Shown piece by piece: positions 51,674 through 64,000 of a DNA stretch of 64,000 nt; within the stretch, counting starts at the first letter, position 1, and each line of letters begins with the position of its first letter. The position numbers and the translations under genes are program-made. The notes under the pieces are model-generated. The model saw only the letters and a program-made list of their open reading frames with translations. It was not told the origin of the DNA and did no database searches. The stretch is from Octopus vulgaris (taxonomy: Eukaryota), in contig OX597830.1 of assembly GCA_951406725.2 (NCBI GenBank), forward strand, positions 59,210,001-59,274,000, written 5' to 3'.

Positions 51674-51926
51674 CATACATACATACATACATACATACAT
51701 ACATACATACATACATACATACATGCATACATACATACATACATACATACATACATACATACATACATACATACACACATACATACATACATACATACAC
51801 ACATTCATAAATACATACATACATGTTGATGTTGAAATTCCGATGAAGGAGCCTTGGATCTAGGTCAGAAACCGATCCTTTCACTATAGGCAAGAAATCT
51901 TGAAATAAACTGAATAGTGACATACA

Positions 51927-51981
<55 letters not shown>

Positions 51982-52884
51982 GTGCGCGTGCGTATATCTG
52001 TTTATGCGTACACGTGTCTGAAAACCTGGTGTTTATGTTGTGATTCTTTATGTCTTTTAACATAGTGGTTCGATAAATAGAGATCAATAAAATAAGTCCC
52101 GGCCTGATATAAGTACCGAGGATGATGTGAACAACTGAAATCCTTTGAGAGCAGTGTGCTGTAGCAAGGCCGCAGTCCAATGAAAGAAACCAGATTCTAG
52201 AAAATGAGTAACATCAATGTATTTACCGAAATTGATTAACTCATCTGTATCTCCCACCGACCCAACCCCCCGGTACATTTATGGCACGGCATTGTGCCAA
52301 ACGTATGGGGCATTGTGTCAATTCCGTGGCACTGCGCCAATTTGAGAGCGAGAAACTATTGATCTGGAAAGAAATTCGTAGATTTCAAAAGAAATCACTG
52401 ATTATTTCACTCTCTAACTCCATTGCTATTGTTGTTCAGCTGCAGATTAACCTTCATCGAACAGGCTTCATCGATTATTGGACGCTTTCGAACTGTAACC
52501 GCATCACCTTTCCGCTTTTAAGACGGTAGGGCCATGTTTCGAGGGAAATTTGGCTTCAAATTCTTGTACGTCGAGCGATCACGTAGGAGCTCTCTTGCCG
52601 ATTCTCAATGAAAATCCGTTATATATTACTGGTACTGAATTTGTACTTTATGGAATGACAAATGATGAAAGTTAACTTCCATGCTGTATTTCTCGGCATC
52701 GAGCAAAATATTCCATTCTGTAAAAACAAATCTCAAAACTTTACCATTCATTAATAGAAGATTATATTTTCTATAAACCAGTTTTGAACCTAGAGAAAGA
52801 TTATTTACCCTAAACCTACCGTGCCTCCATAACTGTACAAGTAAAAGAATCCAACATACATATCGCTAAGCCATTAACGGCATA

Positions 52885-53440
52885 CCTGTAGAAGTGTTCC
52901 CCTCCCGGCTGTTTCCTCATAGCATACAGAAAATTTGATATTTTTTAATGAATTTTTCTACAAATACTTCAGATGGTGTAAATTCCGATGATATCGGAAT
53001 TTGCTGTGAAAAAAAAAAACCCCAACAAATTGTGTGAGTGGGGAGAAGAATTTCGGAGGATTCACAAAAGTCAGCTTTGTTTCCTCATAACTTCCAGAAA
53101 AGTGGATAGTTTTTGATGAAATTTTCTGCAAATACCTTTTAGGCGGTGTCGATTATGATTATATTGGAATTTAATGTGACCAAAAAAAATTATGAACTTG
53201 CATACGTACATACTGACACACATCAGATACCTACAAAACAAAACTTGAAATTTCGAAAAAAATTGTGATGTGTGTTAGAATATATGTGTGCGTGCTCACC
53301 AATTTTCTTTCCACATCAAATTTTGATTTAATCGTAATTTCCACACTTTGAAAGGTATTTGTAGAAAATTTCATTAAAGAATACTCATTTTCTAAAGTTA
53401 TGAGGAAACAAAGTCAGTGGGGGCGGGGCCACGCTTGTGT
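52885..53440. mobile_element. Old MITE/foldback element with direct and inverted ~90-bp subrepeats
   Basis: TGTTTCCTCATA..ATGAATTTTTCTACAAATAC at ~52910 and ~53078, and inverted at ~53320-53411. Confidence 0.55.
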
Positions 53441-53678
53441 ATGTATGTTCCGTTAACAACATTTCCTTTCAAAACACTCTCGTGCTGTGTGGGGACCGGC
53501 ATGCGAAAGAATAGGCTCAATGTCTCCTTTGTGTGTTGTAAAAGGGGTTGAGGTGGAGTTTGCTCTCCGACTTCGTAAAACCCTCACTGGCAAACAGACT
53601 CCCCAAACAGAGCCATGAGTTGGAGGGTTGTTGCCCAAGTGGTGCAAAGGGGTCATCTGCCAGGGGTAAGGGAATCAC

Positions 53679-53750
53679 CAACACGTGGTCTAGTGGTTAG
53701 GATTCCGCACTCTCACCGCGGCGGCCGGGGTTCAATTCCCCTCTTGGGAA
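53679..53750 (+). pseudogene. tRNA-Glu(CTC) pseudogene
   Basis: TGGTCTAGTGGTTAGGATTCCGCA-CTCTCAC-CGCGGCGGCCGGGGTTCAATTCCCCTCTTGGGAA closely follows the metazoan tRNA-Glu-CTC pattern. The acceptor stem is broken, there are mismatches in the anticodon and T stems, and a T-run follows. Confidence 0.8.
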
Positions 53751-54384
53751 AGATTTTTTAAAGGCGGTGTTCTAGCATGGCCGCAGCCATACGACTGAAA
53801 CAAATAAAAGAAGAGAATAAAACGATGGAAGCATCGACGCGCGGTTACAGCGCATGTCCCCATACCACCTCCACCACCACCACCACCACCACCACTACCA
53901 TTACTACTACCACTACTACTACTACTAGAAGTTGGATCTCGTATAGTCGCTGTTTCTAAACTTCTTTCTTTTTTCCTCTGGCCGTTTGTCTGCTGCTTGT
54001 GGCCATGATTCTAGTTGGTTGGTTCCCTAACTGATGTCAGCTCTCTCTCTCTCTCTCTGACTGAATTGTCACCAAGTGACTAACTGGTTTTTGCTTGGGG
54101 GTTCTTGTTCTTATGGCTATCCAAAATGATAGATATATCGTTGAGAACAACGGATTTAGTTGGTGGTACTTGTTACCTTTAATTCTAGCTTTTGGTGAAG
54201 TAGAAGAGGTTAGAAGGGTCAAGTGGCAAAGACATTATTTTGGCCGAGCTAAGGCGTCTGGCAAATGTAAAACTGCTGTCACAGAAAAACTATTGTTCCA
54301 CGGCGAGAAAAGTTCTGTCGAACTGTTACTTGAAATTTGGCAATGGTGGATTGAATCCACTTTATGCTTACAAGATCCACTACA

Positions 54385-54415
<31 letters not shown>

Positions 54416-54494
54416 ATAAGTATATGTGTATATGTGCATGTATGTATGTGTCTATACATGGATATTTGTGTACACATGCATATACAGTACTTAC

Positions 54495-54872
54495 CAAATT
54501 TGGGCACCAAACTGTTAATCTGGTAATCGTTAATTAACGAAGTAAACATTTTCGTTAACGATCTAACCATAAGTTAACTTTGAAAATCATTATCGGACTA
54601 ATTAATTTCCGTTACATTTAACTTCCGTTAACTCGAGTCAACTTGAGTTAATTTCCGTTAACTTCAGTTGAATTGAAGTTAACGGATTTTATAGTTTTGG
54701 CACTTTTTAAAGATGTTTTTCGGTGGTTTTAGCGCAAAAACTAGTTTTTGTTTTTTTAATAATAATAAAAATTAACGCTAACGGTTAATCGATAACTTCC
54801 GTTACACTTTAAAAGAATTATCTGGTTCACGGCTATCGAAGTTAACTTTTCGATTAACGGTGCCCACCTTTG
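54495..54872. mobile_element. hAT-like MITE with repeated TTAAC/CCGTTA subterminal motifs
   Basis: TIRs CAAATTTGGGCACC / GGTGCCCACCTTTG; 8-bp TSD GTACTTAC / GTACATAC. Confidence 0.8.
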
Positions 54873-55014
54873 GTACATACATACACAAATATGCATACAT
54901 ACGCACACAAACTTATAAAACATACACATAATATAGTGAGAAAAAACAAAAGACGAAAACGTGTGTGTAAACAACAAACAGGTGTATTAGTTTAACACTC
55001 GGGAAGTGAGAAAG

Positions 55015-55052
55015 TCTTTTACGTTTCGAGCCTATGCTCTTCGACAGAAAGA
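55015..55052 (-). ncRNA. Hammerhead-like motif (A6U core variant) in a probable Penelope-type terminal fragment
   Basis: Minus strand: UCUUU-CUGUCGA-A-GAGC(AUAG)GCUC-GAA-ACGU-A-AAAGA, with perfect stems I and II and palindromic ACGU. Confidence 0.55.
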
Positions 55053-55656
55053 AACACAGAAATAAACAGGGACAGAAAAAGAAAAAAAGGTTTAGTGGCT
55101 AGCGATCAATCACGGCGAGTGCCGGACAAGTAATTCAGCTGAAACAAAATTAAGGAAATAAGAAATATATACGGGAATTACCTAAGAAAGACTCACTTTT
55201 TAGGAGCGACTCTCAAAAGAATGTCATGACATTTTATAATACATTTTATAAAACTGTTGTGTCAGTTCAAATAAGTTTAAGATTTTCCCATACTTTCAGT
55301 TGTTATTGCCATGTTTGTTATGTAACACTGCCACCATTTTGTTGGGAATGCACCGGGTGACACCAAACAGACTGGCGACAGAATCTTTGTATCTCATTAA
55401 TATCTCGACACTGCAATTATAATTTAAAAAATGTCATTGTGTATACCGTAAGTACCCCCTCCCCTCAAATTTGCTGGCCTGGAGTCAAAATTTGAAACAA
55501 TTATTATAAGAGAGAGAGAGTGTGTGTGTGTGTGTGTGTGTGGCCGACACATATAGCAGCTGATTGTTCACCAAATTATTTATAATTATTTTGGTTAAAA
55601 TCCAGAAACAATAAGGAAACCATGACAAGATAGTCGTGTCTAGTCTAAAATATGTC

Positions 55657-56106
55657 GGGCGTGGCTGTGTGGTAAGAAGTTTGCTTTTCAATCACATGGT
55701 TCCGGGTTCAGTCCTACTGCGTGGCACCTTAGGCAAATATCTTCTACTATAGCCTCGGACTGACCAAACCCTTTTGAAAGGATCTAGTAGACGGAAAAGG
55801 AAAGAAGCTCGTCGTGTGTGTATATATTTATCCTTTTACTTGTTTCAGTCATTTGACTGCGGCCATGCTGGAGCACCGCCTTAAAGGGTTTTTAGTCGAA
55901 GAAGTCGACCTCCCCAGGACTTATTCTTTGTAAGCCTAGAACTTATTTTATCGGTCTCTTTTACAGGCTTCTTTCAATTTCCATCTACCAAATCCACTCA
56001 TAGGGCTTTAGTCAGACCGAGGCTAGCCCAAGGTGCATGCAGTGGGACTGAACGCAGAACTATAGTTAGGAAGCAAGCTTCTTACCACACAGCCACGCCT
56101 GCGCCT
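55657..56106. mobile_element. SINE-A head (+) followed by an internally deleted SINE-A (-)
   Basis: 55657-55815 on the plus strand and 55830-56106 on the minus strand. Confidence 0.8.
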
Positions 56107-56281
56107 ATATGTGTATGTGTGTGTGTGTTTTCAAATCTTTTTTTTTACCATAAGAGAGATTTTTCTTCACGATAACTGCAGAGTATTTGCCTTTAGCAGT
56201 TGAAATATGTGACAAACACATTTCAAAAACTAACCTAAGTTGCACTCATACCTAAATACTGCTTTGCACCAATGCTTCATC

Positions 56282-56336
<55 letters not shown>

Positions 56337-57148
56337 GAGAGAGGGAGAGAGAGAGAAGGGTGATTGTTTCCTGCCACTACTTGACAACCAGTGTTGTTGT
56401 GTTTATGTTCCTATACCTTGGCGGTTTGACAAATGGGAGCGACAGAATAGTTCCAAGTTTTAAAAATTAAGAGGTCGATCTGCTCGAATCGATTTGCTCT
56501 CAGCGGATACAACACCATGTGACTTTTGGGTCGGCCATTTTACGTACCTGTATCAAAAGATCGAATCTCTCTACTTTTGTCTGTTACCTCCCTTGTACCT
56601 TTCCCCTCTGTCTTTTCCTCTCCCCCTCTCTCTTTCTCTGCAGTTCCTTGCTTAATTCTTCAATCCCTCTGCCTCCTACCTCTCTCTGTTCCTCCCACAT
56701 GATCGGTGTTCGGCCAAGCCTGATCTTTCTTTCCTGGCTTGACCGCCGCTCGCACAACACCCTATTTTCCTGTCTCCTGACTTTCATTTATGTTTGTACC
56801 TTAAGGCTTCCACTTTAAATGCCAACTCAATTTAACTTGTTCTTATTAGTCGAAAGACACCTGTTGTTGTTCTTGTTGTTTGTATTTGTAATCGTATAAC
56901 ATTTTCTCCGTTTCCTTGTTTTTTTTTCTTGCTTTCTTCCAAAAATTTAATGCCCTTAACTTAGATTTTTGGGGCCTACCAATTTTTAACAGTCTCAAGT
57001 GTAACCGACCGAAACTGTAATGATGATCGGAAACTTGACTGATGAAAGAAAGCCACGAATGTTCCATCCTGGTTTTTCCTGTCTGTCTTTGTATCGTCCG
57101 TATGTTTTTATTGTCGTCCGTTACGTTCTTATTTCTTATTTCGTTTTT

Positions 57149-57189
<41 letters not shown>

Positions 57190-58319
57190 AAGGACTATAA
57201 TGTCCACTGTGTCTGTAACATGCAACCCCGGATATCAATCACTGAAGGTATTATATATTATTCAATATTATTGAACCGTTTTGTTTATATTAATAGTTTG
57301 TTTGGGAGGTGAAACTTTGGTTAATTAAAATCAAATGCCCGGCTTTATTTGCTTCCCGTATTGTTTTCACGACAATTTATCAAGCAATCATAATCCGTCC
57401 CAGAAATATAATACCAGTTCATAATAATTCACAGCTTTCTAGATACACAATTTCAACTACTGCACAAAAACTATTCCTGCCAGTTTCTACAATTGATAGA
57501 ACACGGTGGCGAGTTGGCACGACCGTTAAGCGCGCCGGACAAAATGTTTATCAGTATTTAGTCCGTTTATACGTTCTGCAGAGCTCGACTTTACCTTGCT
57601 TCCTTTACATAAGTAATTTCGAAATTTTAAAACTTATTCCATATCGTCTTAAGATCTATTTATAAATCTGTGCTGTCAGCGAAGATATAAAGAAAATAAA
57701 TGTTAAAAACAATATTGGCGCTTGAAGTACATAATATAAACATGACATGTTTATAAAATACATTTTATTATTATAAATATTTAATATTCCTTCAGACAGA
57801 TGACCGTCTATGACCCGATCAGGGCATGGACGGATTTCTTTAGGCGTCTAAAAGCTTTCCGAATTTTTCCTTCCAAGAGTAATTTTTAACCCAATATTTT
57901 AGAAGCTATGATCTAAAGCTTCATCTGATTCGAGTTCCACCGTTAAAACAATTTCATATCTCTCAGAATGTCTAAATTGTCATTACATAAACAACGTACA
58001 ATTCTCGCTGGTAAGCACAAAGCTTCTAAACAAAGAAATTCGAAGAATCTTTGTGGTATAAGAACAGAAAGCCTGTGATTACAAAGGATATGGGTTCGAA
58101 TTCAACTGTTGACTTCGACTATTTTCGTTCATTGTAATTTTAACCTAATATTTACATGCTATTGTTTATAGCGTCAGCTACTTCGAGTTCAACTTTTAAA
58201 AACGAGTTATTTGAAACATTTTGCAATTACACTGAGATAACAAATCGTCAGGGTGGTGTGCTTGCCATCGCTCGAGTTGAGCGACTCAATGAAGATATAT
58301 TTCGTCGGCTGCGTGGATA

Positions 58320-58515
58320 AAAATTAATTCAATAATTATTTAATTAATTAATAATTTATTAATTAATAATAATTTATAATTAAGTAATTAATTAAATAAG
58401 TAAATAACTAAATAATAATTAAATAATTATTAATTAAATAATTACATAATAATTAAAAAAATAATTAAATAATTACTTACTTAATTAATTAATAATTAAT
58501 TAATTAAATATTTAA
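58320..58515. repeat. Almost pure A/T low-complexity tract rich in TTAA/TAAT
   Basis: Direct reading. Confidence 0.9.
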
Positions 58516-58846
58516 TGTGTCTGGCTCTCTCTCCGAAGTTGACCTTGTCGTGTCGCAGAGAAAAAGAGAGGAAGTTCAATCGGAATACGCTCTCAAGTAG
58601 GCGATATGCGTTTACCGCCCTCCTGTGTGTCGCTAAGTAGTTACGCCTTGTAAGCTAGCAAAGGGGGAGCTAACCAAGTTCGCTTGGTTTGCTCTAGAAC
58701 ATTCAGCAGGAGAGATAATTGTCGTTGATTCCGAACGGACATTTTGTGGTTTGCGAACTTTCTTCAAATAGCGTTGCCTGCAATATATTGGTGTTGGTGA
58801 ATTACAATGAACAACATTAATAATTGCTCTGAGAGAAAGAGAGAGG

Positions 58847-58896
<50 letters not shown>

Positions 58897-61800
58897 CTAT
58901 GTTGCACCCGAAAAAGTTACTTATGAAGCATTGTGCGATCATACAGAATGGGTCTGACCGAGGACCTGAGTTGTCTACACAAGTGTCCAGAAGCGTTAAG
59001 ATGGCAAGAGAAGAAGCGCGAGCCAGTCGGTCACCTTCAAACCTTCAACACTCTGCAATTAACTGAGCACCAAAAACGGTTTACATTGGGGGACGAGAGG
59101 TTTTTATAGAAGAACAAGCGGGAAAAACCATATCACGCCACAGCCCCACACTCTTTGGTCCCCTCTAATCACGTTTTTGCAAGGATCGGTTTTATTTTGA
59201 CGTATCTGCATTCATTTTATAGAAGATTAGAAGTTCAAAGTGGTGAGTGGTCAGCATGACCCGAGTGAATGGACCTACTTGTAGCATAAATGAGTCGGGA
59301 AATGACAGCTGAGGGAAGACACTGACTCTGGGTGACCAGGGTTATTCTGGGTTTGTGAGTGGCCCTGCCAGACTGCCCTCTTTTTGTGTATTGTGTACAC
59401 CATTAATTTTCATTTCATCTCATCTGATTTTGATATAAACCTCGATACTTCTTGTAAACTGTTTCTGTTACGTTTTCCCATCCTTTCTTTTTATGATAAC
59501 AACGAGATTATTACAAACATGGTAAAAGCTGTTTAATATGAATTTCTTCAAAATTACTTCTCAGTAAAGTGATGCGATATTTCAAAACTGTAGCGGAGTT
59601 TATCAAATGACCTTTAATACCAACCATCATAACAACCAAATCAATGAAGGAATCGCAGCAGAGTCGATCGATCTGCAAGTAATGGCCATGTAATCTCCAC
59701 TGGAAGCTCCCAAGAATCTGAATGTGATGTTAATATAGGCAATTGATTAGATGTAACACTTCTCCATGCAACCCGTAAAATCTGGTGGGCTTTTGAGCAG
59801 ATTCTGTTCCAACCAATTTGCCAGGGCTATTGGCAGAATGCGTCTAATGTATCACAAGACAGGAGCGAACCTGAAACCATGTGATCGAGTAGCATACTTT
59901 TTAATCACACGAATAGGTCATCGCCCATTTTACTACATTTTCAACGCAGTTACGTTTTCACTTACATATGTTACATTCCTGAGAATAATGGCAGTTTATT
60001 TTTTTAGGTCACTTCGGTATGTTGGAAATAGAACTGAAAGTTGAGTGGAAACTAACAGGAAGATCTAAACTCATTAATAGTAGACAATCAGCAATTTTAT
60101 CTCTGGTATCTCCGGTATTCAGGCCATCTCTCTGTTAACTTGTATATGTATAATTGGATAAAGCCACTGTGTTGTTGGTGGAGTTGATACTGCGTGGACG
60201 ATACGGTGGCAACGATGTTGTGGATAGCACAGTAACTAGTAAGACTTGTATTACAATGAACAGAGGCAATTATGTGGATATCGTTAGAAAAACGTGACGC
60301 AAAGAGCCACTTGGAAGCCTGTTGAGCTTTGGATCGACTTCACTCAATAACGCACGACAAAGAACGCTATACAATATTCGAACTATATCACAGGAGTTTA
60401 TCAAAATAAAAAAATAAAAAAATCAGGATTTTCTCATTTATAATAATAGATCTGAGTCGAAAGACCAGCCAACAGCTTACACATTTAACACCCACTGCAA
60501 TGTGGTTCGTAGACAGGCTTTTGGCGACGATTCCGGGACAATTGCAACAGTTTTATATCCCTTTGCGTTTTATGCCTTGTCATGTGCCTACAGTTTTCCT
60601 GTCAGCGCAGTTTTCCATTCGCTTCCTACAAAATAATTGCTCTGATGCATTTTATAATAAATGTAATTATCTGATATTCAGTCTAGATCTTACAAACAGT
60701 TATTATCGTGTCTGAAAGTGTAATAATGATCAATGGTATTTCTAGAGTCCTTGGACGATCTATGTCAATCTGTGCCTGTTTCTACCACCTGACACTAAAT
60801 ATCACGAAGAAGAGCACATACTTTACTTGTCTGTCTGTCGCATATAAGAACAATGATTTACGATTGACATACAGGAATAATGATCGAGTGAAATATTTCC
60901 ATAGAATGTGGGATGGATTCTCTTTTCTAGAACTCGTTCTTTTAGCCCCAGGTCAGCCCTTATTGAGTAAATTTATGATCAGCCTCGGTTACTTTGGCTT
61001 AAATACAGTATCTGGAGCTATGTTATCCAATTGTTTTTCCACTTTAAAAAAAAACACATAGGAGATTTTGATAACTATTTCTAGCTGGTCAAGTCGAGGG
61101 TCTCGCATTGGTTTTGACGAAATGAGTGATAGCATGAAATATGTTGATAAATATATCTCATGTTGGAACCGGGGTTCTCAACCATTTTTTTTTTTTATCT
61201 ATGGACCTCTTTGATTTCAGTGTGTGTGTTTATTGACAAGAAGAGAAATGAAAACTAAGAAAATCTATTTTACATGTAGCAAAATACAAAAACGATATAA
61301 GCATGAGGTGACAACCATGTTACCCCCCCCCCCCCCACAACCTGTATAAAGGCAGACGTTTAAAGTATTATACAATGAACAACTTATTTAATAAAGAAAT
61401 ATTCCATGTTGAAAAACTAGTTTTATAGAAACTTCTTTCAGAATTCCTATCTTGTTTTTCATACATTAACTTATTTAGGTTGAACTGTTTCTTGCAATAC
61501 ATACCAATACATGTGTGTGTGGGGGGTCTAGCTTGACTCTGCTTGAGATTTGAAACTAAATCCACCGACTTGTTGCTTGTCAGAACGAGCGGGAAATCCT
61601 CTCCACACCAGATGATTGTTGGGGAAACACTCCACCCCTTAAGACCTGTACTGGTCAAGGAAAGGTCAGTCCTTTAAGGCTTGACCTTCATTACTGACCA
61701 TAGTCAATATAACAGAGAGAATTTCCTAACTCTCCTCTTATGGTCAGCTATGACCAAGGAACAACATCGGCTCTTTTGTGTCAGCCAGACCAAGGAGCAA

Positions 61801-63379
61801 CACATGCTTTTGCATCAGCCTTAACCAAGAGCAGCACTTCTCTTCGCCCTTCGCTCGACATGCGAAGAGAGGCTTTCGGCCACAAGAAAGGCTATACCGC
61901 CTTTATCTTTTCTTCCTTTCTAGTTAGCACCATGCATTCCTTACTCTTTCCCACTCTACTGTCAGACAACCTTTTTCTACATATCAGCTAATAACCAGCG
62001 AGTCATCCTTGTCGTCACTATCACTAGAATTGCTACTGTCTCTTTAACAACCTGTCGGGTAAACGAATAAATATCTGTAAATAACATTTCTTCCTCCTTG
62101 GTGTTAATTCTTCGATGTTCACTGCTTACTCCGACGTGAGAACCTTCAAGTGTTACATCTACACGCTACATTCAGTGGTGGGCGACATCATATCGAACTG
62201 ATATAGTACATCACATCCAGCCCGCTACGCATGCATCTGATACCAGGTTTTTTCAGGGGCCCTTAAAATGCTATTGGATCCCCAATTTACTATTTTGTTA
62301 CGTAGAGCCCCAAAAATCTTATCTGGACCCTTAGGGGGTAAATAGACCACGGTTGAGAACTGCTGGATTGGAAGCTCAAGTGACCAATTTCTGTAGCATG
62401 ATTGTATTTGGCATTTTTCGTCATTTCTCACCACCAGCCCTTCAAGGTGGTGGACCCTTCAAAATATTTGAAAAAGGATTTCTTTCCTGAATCGGTGAGT
62501 TTTGGAATCTTGGTTAAGCTACTGTTGATGGGGAAGATTGTTTCAGTGGCCTTTATACAATTGTTAGAATTTTGGTCTCCGTCCGGGATATAACCTTACC
62601 ATTCTCTCTGGGAAACCATTAAATATCTTCGGAAATATCAGGCTTCCGAATTAACATTGGTAATTAAAGTTTCTTGTGGTGAACCGCCAACAAAGCTAAC
62701 AAAGATGTGCCAACGCAAAGCATCAAAAGCGTTTCAAGAATTTCTTTGTCGACTCCATGTATAAGAAGATGGTTGAGCAATGTTTGAATGATGCTGGTGA
62801 CAAACATGACGTAGAAATAAAACGAATATAAATTGACGGAAGTATCAAAGGGACTTTTCAAGATCGTGTTTTATTTGTTTGAAATTCCTTATGTACGATG
62901 AAGTATTTCTTTTTAAAGTTCACTTTCGTCGGAGTTGTGCAGACGTTATGCTTCTATAAAACAGTGGACGACCAACTTAATGTTAAGTGTTAATATTATG
63001 TTAAAATGTTATTCCATCGAGGTCGACTTTGCCTTTCGTCTTTTCGGAGTCGATATAAGAAGTACCAGTTGAACACTGGGGTCGATATAATAGACTTAAC
63101 TCATGGGGACTATTTTTAGGAGTTCACAGCTTTTGTCGTACTTTTCTTTCTTCCTTTTTTTTTTGTCCCGTTAAACTTTTTTTGCACGAGTGCTGTGTAG
63201 CAGCTCTTGAATAGTCGATGTTATCAAAGTGAAGCTGTAGAGACAATAATGTTTCAGTGATATTGTGAAAAACGATGCTTAGGCGATGTAGTGGTAATGA
63301 TGCTGTGATCGTAATGTCATCGAGATAATGTTGCAAAGGTGATGCAGTGAATGCGAAATAATTGAGGCTTTTAAATAGT

Positions 63380-63570
63380 CGTGGTTTCAAATTTTGGAGA
63401 GAAGGCAGCAAGTCGATGACACCCACCCCAGTGGTACTCATTTTTATCGACACCGAAAGATGAAAGGCAAAGTCAACCTCAGCGGAATTTGATACGAGAA
63501 TGTGAAGACGGACAAAATACCCCTAAGCATTTTGCCCGGGTGCCAACGATTCTGCTAGCTCGCTGCCCGA
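63380..63570 (-). mobile_element. SINE-B, diverged
   Basis: GATGAAAGGCAAAGTCAACCTC..GGAATTTGA..CTAGCTCGC. Confidence 0.75.
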
Positions 63571-63733
63571 GGCTTTTAAGTAATATTTGTTGGACCAACT
63601 TAGAATTAGATCGAACACAGGGTCAATAACAGAACGCAAAACACTGAGCTTTTCTTTCGTAGGTCAGTGGCCCTATCAATGTGGTTAGATGTGGCCTTCA
63701 TAGTTAATTTCATTTACATTTCTCTTTAATTGC

Positions 63734-63900
63734 GAAGGCGTGTAGCTTAGTGGTTAGGGTGTTGCATTCACGATCACCAGACCGCTGGTTCGATTCCCAT
63801 AGCGAGCGGCGTGTGTGAGTTCTTGAGCAAAAACGCTTCGTATCACGTCGCTCTAGTGCTGTGTGGGGACCGGCATACCAAAAGACAAACCCAACGTTTC
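63734..63900 (+). mobile_element. SINE-D-like tRNA head
   Basis: A-box TAGCTTAGTGG and B-box GGTTCGATTCCC. GTGCTGTGTGGGGACCGGCAT is shared with 53482-53502. Confidence 0.7.
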
Positions 63901-64000
63901 CTTTCTGTCTCACAAAAATCGACTATAAGCGGTTGAAGTAGATTTTGCACTCTGACATTACCAGCAATAACTACCCCCAAACAGATCCCGCATGTGGCCT

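Noticed and set aside
50184-51923. MYVC/HTYI-repeat ORFs, and similar HT/YI/CV ORFs across the window
   Set aside because: They are translations of (CATA)n, (CA)n and (TA)n microsatellites.
57040-57065. Hammerhead at CTGATGAAAGAAAGCC
   Set aside because: No stem II between the core and GAAA, and no stem I or III pairing found.
58900-62870. Coding remnants (mariner-like at ~58950-59130; short open frame at ~62700-62830)
   Set aside because: Too degraded to assign by eye; a translated search would be needed.

Overview
Eukaryotic, AT-rich, extremely repeat-dense animal DNA. The tRNA-derived SINE families, RTE (GAT)n tails and dense (CA)/(TA)/(CATA) microsatellites point to a coleoid cephalopod, probably Octopus; this is an inference, no search was run. 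No intact protein-coding gene is visible. Most listed ORFs are microsatellite or SINE read-through, and the recognisable protein similarities are decayed transposon fragments (Tx1/L1-like RT, CR1-like RT, RTE C-termini, an RLE endonuclease, a Tigger transposase). Main observations: (1) a tRNA-headed, Pol III-type element ending in a Penelope-type minimal hammerhead ribozyme, with a 5' inverted duplication (33057-33960), plus further hammerhead variants elsewhere; (2) two minisatellites associated with SINE sequence (34-bp x ~50 and 16-bp x ~25), both with higher-order structure; (3) a CpG-depletion boundary near 14.5 kb, next to a promoter-like site at 18.5 kb and candidate minus-strand exons; (4) a 93-bp target-site duplication around a composite SINE; (5) a GGATCTTTTC-ended DNA transposon family with 8-bp TSDs; (6) a perfect 68-bp palindrome; (7) a tRNA-Glu(CTC) pseudogene next to a SINE tail.
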